A stretch of DNA of 59,494 bases from an uncultured bacterium. Its GTDB lineage: Bacteria; Fidelibacterota; Marinisomatia; Marinisomatales; UBA1611. The translations under genes and the position numbers were made by a program. The notes under the pieces were generated by a model. It was not told where the DNA came from. It did no database searches and was given only the letters and a program-made list of their open reading frames with translations. The DNA is taken from contig CAZEER010000002.1 in the NCBI GenBank assembly GCA_964511215.1, positions 1 to 59,494 of the forward strand, written 5' to 3'. Positions 28,334-38,434 of the stretch are shown here, one piece after another. Numbering within the stretch: position 1 is the stretch's first letter; every line of letters begins with the position of its first letter.

Positions 28334-30096
28334 TGAGAGCTTTAATATTTTTCAAATATATTATTAGAGAATTCCCAAATCTTTTGGTAGCGAGCTCTTT
28401 GATATTAATTCTGACAGGGATTATAGAAACTATAGCTCTCTTTTTTATTGCGCCAATTGTTGATCTTTTAATTTCCTCAGAATTGAATGAATCTAGTGTT
28501 ATAAGTCAAAAAATTATTTCCTTCCTGAGCTCAATCGGTCTTCCAAGTACAATTTGGGTTGTTTTTAGTGTTTATATACTTCTAAATATTATTAAGAGTG
28601 TATTTCAAATTTGTTCAAATTTTTTTATTCTAAAATTAAAATATGCATTATGTAAAGATATTACCTTAGGGGCATATGATGATTTTTTTAGCGGAGGCTG
28701 GAAATTTTTCAGAACAAATAAACAAGGTCATCTATTAAATACATTTCTTCGTGAAACGGCCATTGTTGGTGATGGTTTTGCTGGTATGGCCCGATTTGCA
28801 GCATCAGCATTTCAATTAATAATTTTCGTAATTGTGCCTTTTTATGTCTCTTGGGAAGTAATGTCTCTAAGCATATTATCTGCGATATTAATTGCTATTC
28901 CTTTATTACTTATTGGAAAAATTAGCCATTCACTCGGTGAAAAGAATACCTCAACCTCAAACGATTTAAGTCATTTTATTCAGGAATATTTTTCAGCAGC
29001 TAAATCTGTAATAGGATTTGCAAAACAAAAATCGAGTTTAAAAGGGTTAGAATCCGTTTATGATAAGCATATAGATGCAACACTCAAATCACAAACATTT
29101 ACTTCTGCAATTACTATTAGCTATAGTTCTTTAGGTTTACTGGGAATAATGGTTACTTTGTTATCAGCTCAATGGTTCTCCTTACCAATCGCAGAAACTT
29201 CAATTTTGGTTGTTGCTTTAATAAAAATAGTACCAATCATAGGATTTATTACAGGTGAAAAAAATTTGATGGATAATTCGTTCCCTAGTTATGAACAAAT
29301 TATGCGTCTAAGAGATGAAGCAAAAAAGGTTAGTTTTATTAATGGCGTAAAAAAATTTAGCGAGCTAAAAGATTCGATAATAATAAAGGATTTATCCTTT
29401 CATTATAATAATGATGAGAAAGTATTGAAAAATATTAATATAAAAATATCAAAAGGTGAAATGATAGCTCTAGTGGGAAAATCGGGATCAGGTAAAACAA
29501 CATTGGTTGATATACTAATGGGATTTAATGAACCATATAGTGGGGAAATAGTAATAGATGGCATTTCTATGAATGAATATTCTCAAAATTCAATCCGAAG
29601 AAAGATAGGATATGTTCCTCAAGATAGTACCTTATTTAATATGTCAGTTTTTGATAATCTAACTTGGGCCAAAAATGATGCGACACTTAAAGAAATTCAA
29701 AGAGCTTGTAAGTTAGCTCACGCAGATGAGTTTATAAATAATCTCCCAGATAAATACTTTACCTTAGTAGGTGATAGAGGAGTTAGGTTGTCAGGGGGGC
29801 AGTTACAGAGACTTGCATTAGCTAAAGCAATTATAAAAAAACCAGATATATTAATATTGGATGAAGCGACAAGCTCTCTTGATAGTGAGTCAGAAAAGAA
29901 AATTCAAAATGCAATAGAAAATATTTCAAAAGAATCAACATTAATTGTCATTGCCCACAGACTATCTACAATCATTAATGCAACTAATATTTATGTATTG
30001 AAGAAGGGGATGATAGATGAATACGGTAATTATGGGCAATTAAAAAGTAATAAAAGTACTTTTTATAATATGCTGGAAGCTCAGAAGTTTAGGTAG
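28333..30096 (+). CDS. ABC exporter, fused permease/ATPase (MsbA/PglK type)
   Basis: Six predicted TM helices. Walker A GKSGSGKTT, signature LSGGQLQR, Walker B ILILDEATS. Confidence 0.85.
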   Translation: MRALIFFKYIIREFPNLLVASSLILILTGIIETIALFFIAPIVDLLISSELNESSVISQKIISFLSSIGLPSTIWVVFSVYILLNIIKSVFQICSNFFILKLKYALCKDITLGAYDDFFSGGWKFFRTNKQGHLLNTFLRETAIVGDGFAGMARFAASAFQLIIFVIVPFYVSWEVMSLSILSAILIAIPLLLIGKISHSLGEKNTSTSNDLSHFIQEYFSAAKSVIGFAKQKSSLKGLESVYDKHIDATLKSQTFTSAITISYSSLGLLGIMVTLLSAQWFSLPIAETSILVVALIKIVPIIGFITGEKNLMDNSFPSYEQIMRLRDEAKKVSFINGVKKFSELKDSIIIKDLSFHYNNDEKVLKNINIKISKGEMIALVGKSGSGKTTLVDILMGFNEPYSGEIVIDGISMNEYSQNSIRRKIGYVPQDSTLFNMSVFDNLTWAKNDATLKEIQRACKLAHADEFINNLPDKYFTLVGDRGVRLSGGQLQRLALAKAIIKKPDILILDEATSSLDSESEKKIQNAIENISKESTLIVIAHRLSTIINATNIYVLKKGMIDEYGNYGQLKSNKSTFYNMLEAQKFR

Positions 30097-30205
30097 TCGG
30101 ATAAAAAAATTTCACATTATAGATTAAAAAATCAACTATTTTATAAAATGATTTCAATTTTTAAAGAGAATAGGTAAGAGATTGATTCTCAAATATATTT
30201 TTAGC

Positions 30206-30625
30206 ATGAAAACTTATATCTTTTTCTTCAGCCTTTTTTTTATTTCATGTGATGATTTACAATATTACGAAAAAATATATGGCATTTGGCATGGAAACTT
30301 TAATGATGAATCTCTTGAATTTAGATTCAAAAAAAACAATACTTGTGTATTGAAATTTTCAGATTTAAATACTGGTAAAGTCAAGATATTTAAAGGAAAC
30401 TTCGAGATTCAATCTTCTAAGAACCCTGTCCCGTTATCAATCAGGAACATTAATAACTTAGATCATCCCTTATATACTATTATTGAGTTTGAAGAAATTA
30501 ATATAATTAAATTAGCAATTTTTTCACCACGATGGAGATTGCGGCCTATTTCATTTGAAAGTGATAATCTTATGAGGCTGGAACGCGCTAATCTTAATTT
30601 AAGCCATTATGAAAAAATTAGGTAA
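30206..30625 (+). CDS. hypothetical lipoprotein
   Basis: MKTYIFFFSLFFISC lipobox-like signal. The ORF opens at TTG 30182; ATG 30206 is more plausible. Confidence 0.5.
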   Translation: MKTYIFFFSLFFISCDDLQYYEKIYGIWHGNFNDESLEFRFKKNNTCVLKFSDLNTGKVKIFKGNFEIQSSKNPVPLSIRNINNLDHPLYTIIEFEEINIIKLAIFSPRWRLRPISFESDNLMRLERANLNLSHYEKIR

Positions 30626-30652
30626 TCATTTAAAGAAAAAAGGAGAAAAGGA

Positions 30653-31333
30653 GTGTTTCAACCATTCGATAAATTTTTAGAAATCTCATCAATAAATATA
30701 CCTATATTAGAATTTGTTACTAATTTGCTAGCTTCTGCAATGCTATCGTTGATATTAAAAAATGTATATGTTCGATATGGAAAATGTTTATCAAACCGAA
30801 AGGCATTTGGTAATAATTTTATAATTATAACATTGACAACCATGTTAATTATTACTGTTGTGAAATCGTCTTTAGCATTATCATTAGGGCTTGTAGGTGC
30901 TTTATCAATAATAAGGTTTAGAGTTGCAATAAAAGAGCCAGAAGAACTTGCATATTTATTTTTAACTATTGCTATTGGTTTAGGTTTTGGTGCTGATCAA
31001 GGAGCTATTACAACCGTTGCATTTATAATTATTTGTTTGATTTTAGTTATTATTAGTAAAATGACTTATGTTGAGGATATAGAAAAAAATATTAGCTTAA
31101 CAATTTCTTCGGATAATCCAAAAAATGTTAATATCAAAAAAATTAAAGAAGTCTTAAGTACCCATTGCTCAGAAATAGATCTTAGACGCATAGATGAGAC
31201 AGAAGAAATTATAGAGGCATCTTTTTTAGTTGGGTTTAATGATCTCAACAGTCTAAATGAAGCCAAAATTAAATTACAAAAATTAGACAAGTCTTTAAAA
31301 CTTACTTTTTTGGATACAAATGGGCTTATATAA
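30653..31333 (+). CDS. DUF4956-family integral membrane protein
   Basis: GTG start after AAGGAG. SLGLVGALSIIRFRVAIKEPEELAYLF is the hallmark DUF4956 stretch; 4-5 TM helices. Confidence 0.7.
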   Translation: MFQPFDKFLEISSINIPILEFVTNLLASAMLSLILKNVYVRYGKCLSNRKAFGNNFIIITLTTMLIITVVKSSLALSLGLVGALSIIRFRVAIKEPEELAYLFLTIAIGLGFGADQGAITTVAFIIICLILVIISKMTYVEDIEKNISLTISSDNPKNVNIKKIKEVLSTHCSEIDLRRIDETEEIIEASFLVGFNDLNSLNEAKIKLQKLDKSLKLTFLDTNGLI

Positions 31334-34012
31334 ATGATAATTAAACATTCAGATAAAAACCACCTATTTGTTGATTGGTTTAGTTTTGTTTTTTCTAAAA
31401 ATAAACATAACAAAAAACGTGTAAAAGTTTATGTATTACTAATTTTTAGTGCTCTGATGTGTTTTTTTTTAGGGATAGCAATTGCCAAGGCAGGGCTTAT
31501 TGGAAAGTTGATAATTCCCAAAACAAATCATTTGATGGCTTACAGCAAGAATTATGTAAGTGGGCTTTTTTCAAAATCTGAAAATATAATGATTAATATA
31601 AAATTTGAGGACCTTCAAAAACTTCGAAAAAAAAGATATACAGCGATAAATAACCAAAAGTTAGTAACTGAAGCTGATGATTATGTACCTGGAGTTATTG
31701 ATTACAATAATCAAAGTGTAAATGCAAAACTTCGTTTGAAAGGAGATAATCTTGATCATCTGGAGGGAGAAAAATGGTCATTTAGAATCAAAATTCAAGG
31801 AGATCAAACAGTTTTTGGCATGAAAATTTTTTCAATTCATCATCCAAAAACTCGAAATTTTATACATGAATGGATTTTTCATCAATCACTAAAGTTAGAA
31901 GAGCTAATTGGTCTGCGATACAAATTTATTAATGTATCCTTAAATGGTAAAAACTTAGGAGTATATGCTTTAGAAGAGCATTTTGAAAAACGGTTAATTG
32001 AAAATAATAAACATAGAGAGGGGCCAATTATTCGATTTAATGAAAATTTATATTGGGATGAAAAAATTCAACAGGAAATTCCTTTTAATGATGGTCAAGG
32101 TGTAAAAACAAAAAACAGTGTAAGACGTAATGGTGTAGGTGAATATTTATCGAGTGAGATAACTACTTTTCAAGCAAAGCGTTGGCTTTCAGATTCCACG
32201 ATAGTTTTACATAATAAAGCTGTTCATTTATTAGAAGATTTTAGGCAAGGAAAATTAAAAACTAGTGATGTTTTTGACACCAAAAAATTGGCAAAATTCT
32301 TGGCTCTTACGGATGTAATGGGCGCGCATCATGCTGCTTATTGGCAAGGCCAAAGGTTCTACTATAACCCAATAATTTCAAGGCTCGAACCGATAGGCTT
32401 TGATGGAGATAGTGGCACTCCTATAAACTCATTGTGTGTAAACCTTGATATGCGAGAAATACAAATAGGTTCCAATGCAAAACTTGAATCAGAGAAAGAG
32501 CTTCCATATTTTAATTTTTTTGAAATGCTATTCAGCGATATTGCTTTCTATAATGAATATGTTAAATCGTTAGAAAAGTTTTCCCAATCAAAATTTTTGA
32601 ATAATCTTTTTCATCAAATTGATAAAGAATTAAAAAATAATTTGAATATTATTCATGGCGAGTTCCCAAATTTTTTGTTTTCAAGTTCAACATATTATAG
32701 GAATCAAGAATACATCAAGACAGTATTAAAGCCAGTCAAAGGTATCCATGCATATTGCAAAAATGGAAAAAACAACAATATAAAATTAGAGATAGGCAAT
32801 ATTCATATTTTGCCTATTCAAATTTTTAATATTTCATATAAGGATTCGCTCAATTTTTCTATAGAAGGACAGATTCTACAGGCAAAACACCCTTCAAAAC
32901 CTGTAAGTTTTAGTACTATTAGCCTTGAGTTTCCTTTAGGACCTAATTTTAAAAATAATATTGCTTCTAATTTAAAAGTTCATTACAGGGTACTTGGATC
33001 AAATTATGATATGGTGGAATTTGTTTATCCATGGGAGCAATCAAATAATGGAATAGCCCAAAATGATATAATGCGACAAAAGCCTAACGTTAATGAATTT
33101 GAATTTCTAAAAATAGATAATGAGCATAAAAAAATATTTTTTAAGAGTGGCAATTGGGTTATAAAGAAAAATTTAATTGTTCCACCAAATTATGAGCTAA
33201 TTGCTAACGATGGTGTTGGACTTAATTTGTTAGGTTTTACTAAAATAATTTCCTATTCGCCTCTATATTTTTCTGGTTCTGAAGATCGCCCAATCATAAT
33301 TAATTCTACAGATTCAAAAGGACAGGGTATTTTTGTCCTTGAAACCGGTAAAGTATCGATGCTGGAAAATGTTGTCTTTAGCAATTTGTCTGCACCATCA
33401 CACAATGGGTGGGAATTAACTGGATCTGTAACATTCTATGAATCCCCATTTCAAATGTATAATTGTAAATTTAAGGATAGTAGGTCAGAAGATGCTTTAA
33501 ATGCAGTCCGCTCTGAATTTAAAATTGATGGGTGTTCATTTGAAGGTTCTTACTCTGATGCATTTGATGCTGATTTTTCTAAAGGAGAGGTGAGAAATAC
33601 TATTTTTAAAAATTCAAAAAATGATGCCTTAGATGTCTCGGGTAGCGTCTTAGATATTTATGATATATTTGTATATGATTCGGGGGATAAGGGAGTGAGC
33701 ATAGGAGAGAATAGCAGCGTAGAGGCTAGCTTAATATTTATCAATGGAGCTCAGATTGGTATCGCAAGCAAAGATCAATCAAGTTTAATTTGCAATAATA
33801 TTGAGATTTCTAATTCAAAAGTTGGTTTAGCCTTATATCAAAAAAAGCCTGAATTTGGACCCTCTTCAATTAAAATGACACAATTATCAATGGAAAATGT
33901 TGGCATGCCATATTTTGTTGAGTCTCAATCAGAATTAATTTTGAATGGGCAGGTAATTGATTCTCATAAGCAAAATTTTAAAAAATTTATTTTATCCTTA
34001 CAAAATATTTAA
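31334..34012 (+). CDS. CotH-family (atypical kinase fold) protein with an N-terminal membrane anchor and C-terminal parallel beta-helix repeats
   Basis: TM VYVLLIFSALMCFFLGIAIA. CotH-like core AKLRLKGDNLDHLEGEKWSFRIKI...VSLNGKNLGVYALEEHF. C-terminal 250 aa show repeated N/D-x-x-F/I-x-N/D-S turns typical of pectin-lyase-fold beta-helices. Confidence 0.7.
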   Translation: MIIKHSDKNHLFVDWFSFVFSKNKHNKKRVKVYVLLIFSALMCFFLGIAIAKAGLIGKLIIPKTNHLMAYSKNYVSGLFSKSENIMINIKFEDLQKLRKKRYTAINNQKLVTEADDYVPGVIDYNNQSVNAKLRLKGDNLDHLEGEKWSFRIKIQGDQTVFGMKIFSIHHPKTRNFIHEWIFHQSLKLEELIGLRYKFINVSLNGKNLGVYALEEHFEKRLIENNKHREGPIIRFNENLYWDEKIQQEIPFNDGQGVKTKNSVRRNGVGEYLSSEITTFQAKRWLSDSTIVLHNKAVHLLEDFRQGKLKTSDVFDTKKLAKFLALTDVMGAHHAAYWQGQRFYYNPIISRLEPIGFDGDSGTPINSLCVNLDMREIQIGSNAKLESEKELPYFNFFEMLFSDIAFYNEYVKSLEKFSQSKFLNNLFHQIDKELKNNLNIIHGEFPNFLFSSSTYYRNQEYIKTVLKPVKGIHAYCKNGKNNNIKLEIGNIHILPIQIFNISYKDSLNFSIEGQILQAKHPSKPVSFSTISLEFPLGPNFKNNIASNLKVHYRVLGSNYDMVEFVYPWEQSNNGIAQNDIMRQKPNVNEFEFLKIDNEHKKIFFKSGNWVIKKNLIVPPNYELIANDGVGLNLLGFTKIISYSPLYFSGSEDRPIIINSTDSKGQGIFVLETGKVSMLENVVFSNLSAPSHNGWELTGSVTFYESPFQMYNCKFKDSRSEDALNAVRSEFKIDGCSFEGSYSDAFDADFSKGEVRNTIFKNSKNDALDVSGSVLDIYDIFVYDSGDKGVSIGENSSVEASLIFINGAQIGIASKDQSSLICNNIEISNSKVGLALYQKKPEFGPSSIKMTQLSMENVGMPYFVESQSELILNGQVIDSHKQNFKKFILSLQNI

Positions 34013-34036
34013 AATAGATATCATAAAATTTTAAAT

Positions 34037-34720
34037 ATGAGCATTAAAGATTACAGATATGAGAGGAAGTTTTTAGTTACACACTTAACAGAGAATGAAA
34101 TAGAATCCATTATAAAAGGTCACATCGCACTTTTTTCAGAAATCTATAGTTCGAGGTATATCAATAATATTTATTTTGATTCTATTAATTTGCAAAATTA
34201 TTTTGATTCTGTAGATGGTATAAGTGATCGTACAAAAATACGTATAAGGTGGTATGGAAAATTATTTGGTGTAATTTCCAACCCTATTCTTGAATTTAAA
34301 GTTAAAGCAGGTCAACTAAATAAAAAGAGCTCATTTATTTTAAAGTCATTTAGACTTGATTGTGATTTTAAAATCTCATCTATTTTTGAAACAATAGACT
34401 CATCTGACATGCCTAAAAATATTAAACAAAAGATAAAATTATATCAGCCAGTGCTTTTAAACCGCTATCGCCGTAAATATTTCCAATCTTTTGATAAAAA
34501 TTATAGAATAACAATTGATAAAAATTTATCTTATTATAAAATAAATAAACATACAAATAATTTCTTAAACAAATCGGTAGATCATTTAAGTAAAATTGTT
34601 GAATTAAAATATCATTCAAGCAAAGATTCTTACGCGGAAGCTATAGTAAGCAGTTTACCATTTAGATTGAATAAAAATTCAAAATATGTTAATGGACTTG
34701 AATCAAAAACTTTTTTTTGA
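34037..34720 (+). CDS. VTC-domain (polyphosphate-polymerase-like, CYTH/triphosphate-tunnel fold) protein
   Basis: N-terminal YERKFLV (ExK tunnel motif). Alternating charged strands KIRIRWY, LEFKVK, RITIDKN, VELKYH. Confidence 0.7.
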   Translation: MSIKDYRYERKFLVTHLTENEIESIIKGHIALFSEIYSSRYINNIYFDSINLQNYFDSVDGISDRTKIRIRWYGKLFGVISNPILEFKVKAGQLNKKSSFILKSFRLDCDFKISSIFETIDSSDMPKNIKQKIKLYQPVLLNRYRRKYFQSFDKNYRITIDKNLSYYKINKHTNNFLNKSVDHLSKIVELKYHSSKDSYAEAIVSSLPFRLNKNSKYVNGLESKTFF

Positions 34721-34764
34721 ATCAGAAAAAATATTTAATAAAGTAAAAATTTTAGGAGTTATAA

Positions 34765-35751
34765 ATGCTAGATAATAAAACTATACTTGTAACAGGTGGG
34801 ACAGGCTCATTTGGGAAGAGGTTTATTAAAAACACTTTCCTAAATTATAAACCGAAAGAAGTTATTGTTTACAGTCGTGATGAGCTTAAGCAATTTGAGA
34901 TGCGTGATTTATTCCCAACTGAGAACTTTCCAATCAAATATTTTATAGGTGATGTCAGGGATAAAGAGAGGATATATCGGATAGCAAATGGAGTTGATTG
35001 TATAATTCATGCAGCAGCCTTAAAGCAAGTACCAACTGCTGAATCTAATCCATTTGAAACTGTCAAAACTAATATTAATGGTGCACAAAATGTTATAGAG
35101 GCCGCCTTGGAAAATAATGTAAAACGTGTTGTTGCGCTTTCAACTGATAAGGCATGTAGTCCTATAAACTTATATGGTGCAACTAAATTGGCATCAGATA
35201 AAATGTTTGCTGCCGCAAATCATTGGCAAGGTAGCCATAAAACTATATTTTCTGTTGTGAGATATGGTAATGTGGTTGGTAGCCGAGGTAGTGTTATTCC
35301 GTTTTTTTTGAAAAAGAAAAGCGAAGGAGTTATACCTATAACTGATAAGCGTATGACTCGATTCTGGATCACACTAGATCAAGGAGTGCAGTTTGTTTTT
35401 GATTCCTTACAAAGAATGCAAGGTGGTGAACTTTTTGTCCCAAAAATCCCCAGTATGAACATAATGGACCTTGTAGAGGCTATTGCTCCAGAGGCTGAGA
35501 TTGAAATTATTGGTATACGACCTGGAGAAAAACTCCATGAATTAATGATATCTTCTGATGACGCTGTCAATACAGTTGAATATGAAAATTATTTTGTTAT
35601 TCAACCATCTCATCCGTGGTGGGATAATTTAGATTATATCAAGATTAGTGGTGGTAAACCAGTAAATGATGGGTATAGTTATTCAAGTGGCACTAATTCA
35701 GAATGGCTCACAATTCCTGAGATAAAACAAATGATTAAAAATGAGTTATGA
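34765..35751 (+). CDS. pseB: UDP-N-acetylglucosamine 4,6-dehydratase (inverting)
   Basis: AGGAG SD. ILVTGGTGSFGK, YSRDELKQ, YGATKLASDK; 328 aa collinear with PseB/FlaA1. Confidence 0.85.
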   Translation: MLDNKTILVTGGTGSFGKRFIKNTFLNYKPKEVIVYSRDELKQFEMRDLFPTENFPIKYFIGDVRDKERIYRIANGVDCIIHAAALKQVPTAESNPFETVKTNINGAQNVIEAALENNVKRVVALSTDKACSPINLYGATKLASDKMFAAANHWQGSHKTIFSVVRYGNVVGSRGSVIPFFLKKKSEGVIPITDKRMTRFWITLDQGVQFVFDSLQRMQGGELFVPKIPSMNIMDLVEAIAPEAEIEIIGIRPGEKLHELMISSDDAVNTVEYENYFVIQPSHPWWDNLDYIKISGGKPVNDGYSYSSGTNSEWLTIPEIKQMIKNEL

Positions 35752-36923
35752 AAAAAATAATTCCATATGGGTTACATAAGTTAGATAGAGATGATATTGA
35801 TTCGGTGATAGAGATCTTGGCAAGTGGTGGTAGCATTACTCAAGGACAGGAGGTTGAGAAATTTGGGAGAGCTATAGCTGATTATTCTGGTGCAAAATAT
35901 GGTGTAGCAGTTTCTAATGGCACCGCAGCCTTACATCTTTCAGTAGCCGCACTAGATATTGGTGAGGGTGATGAAATTTTAACAACACCAATTACATTTT
36001 GTGCAACAGCTAATGCTGCTTTATATCAGGGTGCAGATGTGAAATTTGTTGATGTAGATCAGAATACAATAAATTTGGATATTAGTTTAATTGAGGAGAA
36101 GATAACTGAAAAAACAAAAGCAATTATGCCTGTAGATTTTCGCGGACACCCGGCAAACCTGCCTGAAATTAAAAACCTTGCTGATAAATATAATATTGCA
36201 GTAATAGAAGATGGTTCACATTCTATAGGCTCAAACTATATTGACAATGGGAAAGAGCATAGTTGTGGAGATGGTGTTCATGCAGATCTTTGTACATTCA
36301 GCTTTCATCCTGTAAAACATATAACTACTGGTGAAGGTGGTGCCATTGTAACAAATAACAAAGATCTATTTAATAAAATTAATCTATTACGGAAACATGG
36401 TATAGATCGAAGAAATGAAATGTTTAACCAAGCCGATAGAGTTGGGCCTTGGATTTATGAAATGGAGTATCTGGGGTTTAATTATAGAATAACAGATTTT
36501 CAAGCTGCTTTAGGCATAAGTCAACTAAAAAAAATTGATGAAAATAAAACACGTCGTCGAAATATTGTTGAATTTTATAATGAAAAGTTGCTAAGTATTG
36601 ATGAACTGATTTTGCCTTTTGAAGATGAGAATGTTGATAGTAATTTTCATTTATACGTTCTTCAAGTAAAGAATAATCCTCGGTTTGACAGGTATGACCT
36701 TTTTGAAAAACTTCAAAATCTTCACTATGCACCTATGGTTCATTATATTCCAGTCCATTTATTAAAATACTACAAAAAACGCTATGGTACGAAGAGGGGT
36801 GATTTTCCTAATGCAGAAGAATTCTATGATCGTGCGATTTCAATTCCGTTATATCCCTCCTTAACTGATTCGGAAGTTGAGCAGGTAGTATCTGATATAG
36901 TAAATATTGTTAAATCATATTAA
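35748..36923 (+). CDS. pseC: UDP-4-amino-4,6-dideoxy-N-acetyl-beta-L-altrosamine transaminase
   Basis: IPYGLHKLDRDDIDSV, SNGTAALHL, FSFHPVKHITTGEGG. ATGA overlap with pseB. Confidence 0.8.
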   Translation: MKKIIPYGLHKLDRDDIDSVIEILASGGSITQGQEVEKFGRAIADYSGAKYGVAVSNGTAALHLSVAALDIGEGDEILTTPITFCATANAALYQGADVKFVDVDQNTINLDISLIEEKITEKTKAIMPVDFRGHPANLPEIKNLADKYNIAVIEDGSHSIGSNYIDNGKEHSCGDGVHADLCTFSFHPVKHITTGEGGAIVTNNKDLFNKINLLRKHGIDRRNEMFNQADRVGPWIYEMEYLGFNYRITDFQAALGISQLKKIDENKTRRRNIVEFYNEKLLSIDELILPFEDENVDSNFHLYVLQVKNNPRFDRYDLFEKLQNLHYAPMVHYIPVHLLKYYKKRYGTKRGDFPNAEEFYDRAISIPLYPSLTDSEVEQVVSDIVNIVKSY

Positions 36924-37797
36924 AATAAAAGTTACTATTCCAAAAAAACTGGTTCTGGGGACAGCTCAGTTTGGGAATGATTATGGAATCACTAATATTA
37001 ATGGGAAGCCCAATAAAAGTGAAGTTTTTAAAATAATTACAAGTGCATGGGAAAAAGGTGTACGGAAATTTGATACTGCGTCCTCTTATGGATCAGAATC
37101 CTTTATTGGTGAATTTATTGTTGCGAATGGTCTAGAAAATAATCAGCTAGATGTTTTAACAAAAATCCCCAGTATAAGTGATAAAAATGATTATAGGACA
37201 ATAATAAAAAAAAACATAGAAGATTCCTTAAAATATCTTAAGTGCAATATAGATGTATTATTTTTTCATAGTCCTAAAGATTCAAAGTTATTGTTGCACG
37301 ACCCTATATTTTTTGAAACATTATTGAATGAATATCCTATAACTAGTTTTGGTTCTTCGGTTTATGACCCAAGTCAGATACAAATGCTTTCGGATTGTAA
37401 ATTTGACTTAGCATTCCAATTTCCTTTTAATGTTTTGGATAGAAGATTTGAAGATATTAACATGTTTGAAGGGAAAAGATATGCCAGGTCGATTTTTCTT
37501 CAAGGTCTTCTCTTACCATCGAATCCTTTACGTGTTAGTGCCCCAAAAGAACTAATAAAGTTAAAAAAAGATTATGATCTTTTTTTGAAGAAACACAACT
37601 TTAATGCGATGAGTATTGCAATCCATTTTGTTATGAATAATACTTGTAATGACTATTTTTTAGTTGGTGTAGAATCAGTAACCCAGCTCGAGGAAATATT
37701 TAATTGTGAAATGCAAGAAATGAATTATGATAATAAGGTAAAATCCTTTATTTCTGAGATTGATAAAATTTGGCTTGATCCAAGAAAATGGTGCTAA
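36907..37797 (+). CDS. aldo/keto reductase family oxidoreductase
   Basis: LVLGTAQFGNDYG, FDTASSYG. Start uncertain (TTG 36907). Confidence 0.7.
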   Translation: MLNHIKIKVTIPKKLVLGTAQFGNDYGITNINGKPNKSEVFKIITSAWEKGVRKFDTASSYGSESFIGEFIVANGLENNQLDVLTKIPSISDKNDYRTIIKKNIEDSLKYLKCNIDVLFFHSPKDSKLLLHDPIFFETLLNEYPITSFGSSVYDPSQIQMLSDCKFDLAFQFPFNVLDRRFEDINMFEGKRYARSIFLQGLLLPSNPLRVSAPKELIKLKKDYDLFLKKHNFNAMSIAIHFVMNNTCNDYFLVGVESVTQLEEIFNCEMQEMNYDNKVKSFISEIDKIWLDPRKWC

Positions 37798-38381
37798 ATA
37801 ATAAAATTTCATTTGAAGTACATGATTTGGAATGTGAATTTAGAGCGTTGACTAAGGATGATATTTGCAAAGATTATATAAATGGTTTGAAGGAAGAAGA
37901 AGGAGGAGGATATATCCAGAATATTCCCTCTGGATTGAGTGTTGAGACTCAGAAAAAATATATTAAATCCATACTTTTAAGTAAGCATAATGCTATTAAT
38001 GGTATTTTCGTGGATGGGAAACTAGTGGGTACAGCTGGGATCCAAACTGATACTAATTTTAACAAAGTTATTGATAAGCCTTTAGTCTCAATTGCAACAA
38101 TCGGAATCTTAATTTTCAATAGTGAATATCGTGGACTAGGATTAGGAAGTATACTTGTTTGGGCATCAATAATCTTGGCAGATAATTGTATAGGAGTTCA
38201 GTGGTTTGGAGCAGCAATGGATAAGTGCAATTTAAAATCTTTAAGATCCTTTTTATCATGTGGTTTTAGAAAAATTCATGAAAGAGGTAATCACGTAAGA
38301 GTGTTGCTAGAATTTCAGGAATTAATTAAGCCCTGTTCTATAAAAAATATAACAATCAATGGTGAAAAATTAAATGAATAG
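37788..38381 (+). CDS. GNAT-family N-acetyltransferase
   Basis: Motif A YRGLGLGSILV. Confidence 0.65.
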   Translation: MVLNNKISFEVHDLECEFRALTKDDICKDYINGLKEEEGGGYIQNIPSGLSVETQKKYIKSILLSKHNAINGIFVDGKLVGTAGIQTDTNFNKVIDKPLVSIATIGILIFNSEYRGLGLGSILVWASIILADNCIGVQWFGAAMDKCNLKSLRSFLSCGFRKIHERGNHVRVLLEFQELIKPCSIKNITINGEKLNE

Positions 38382-38434
38382 CGGAAAATATATTTGTCAA
38401 GAGTAACCAACCAGATTATCAAAAAATTAATCTT

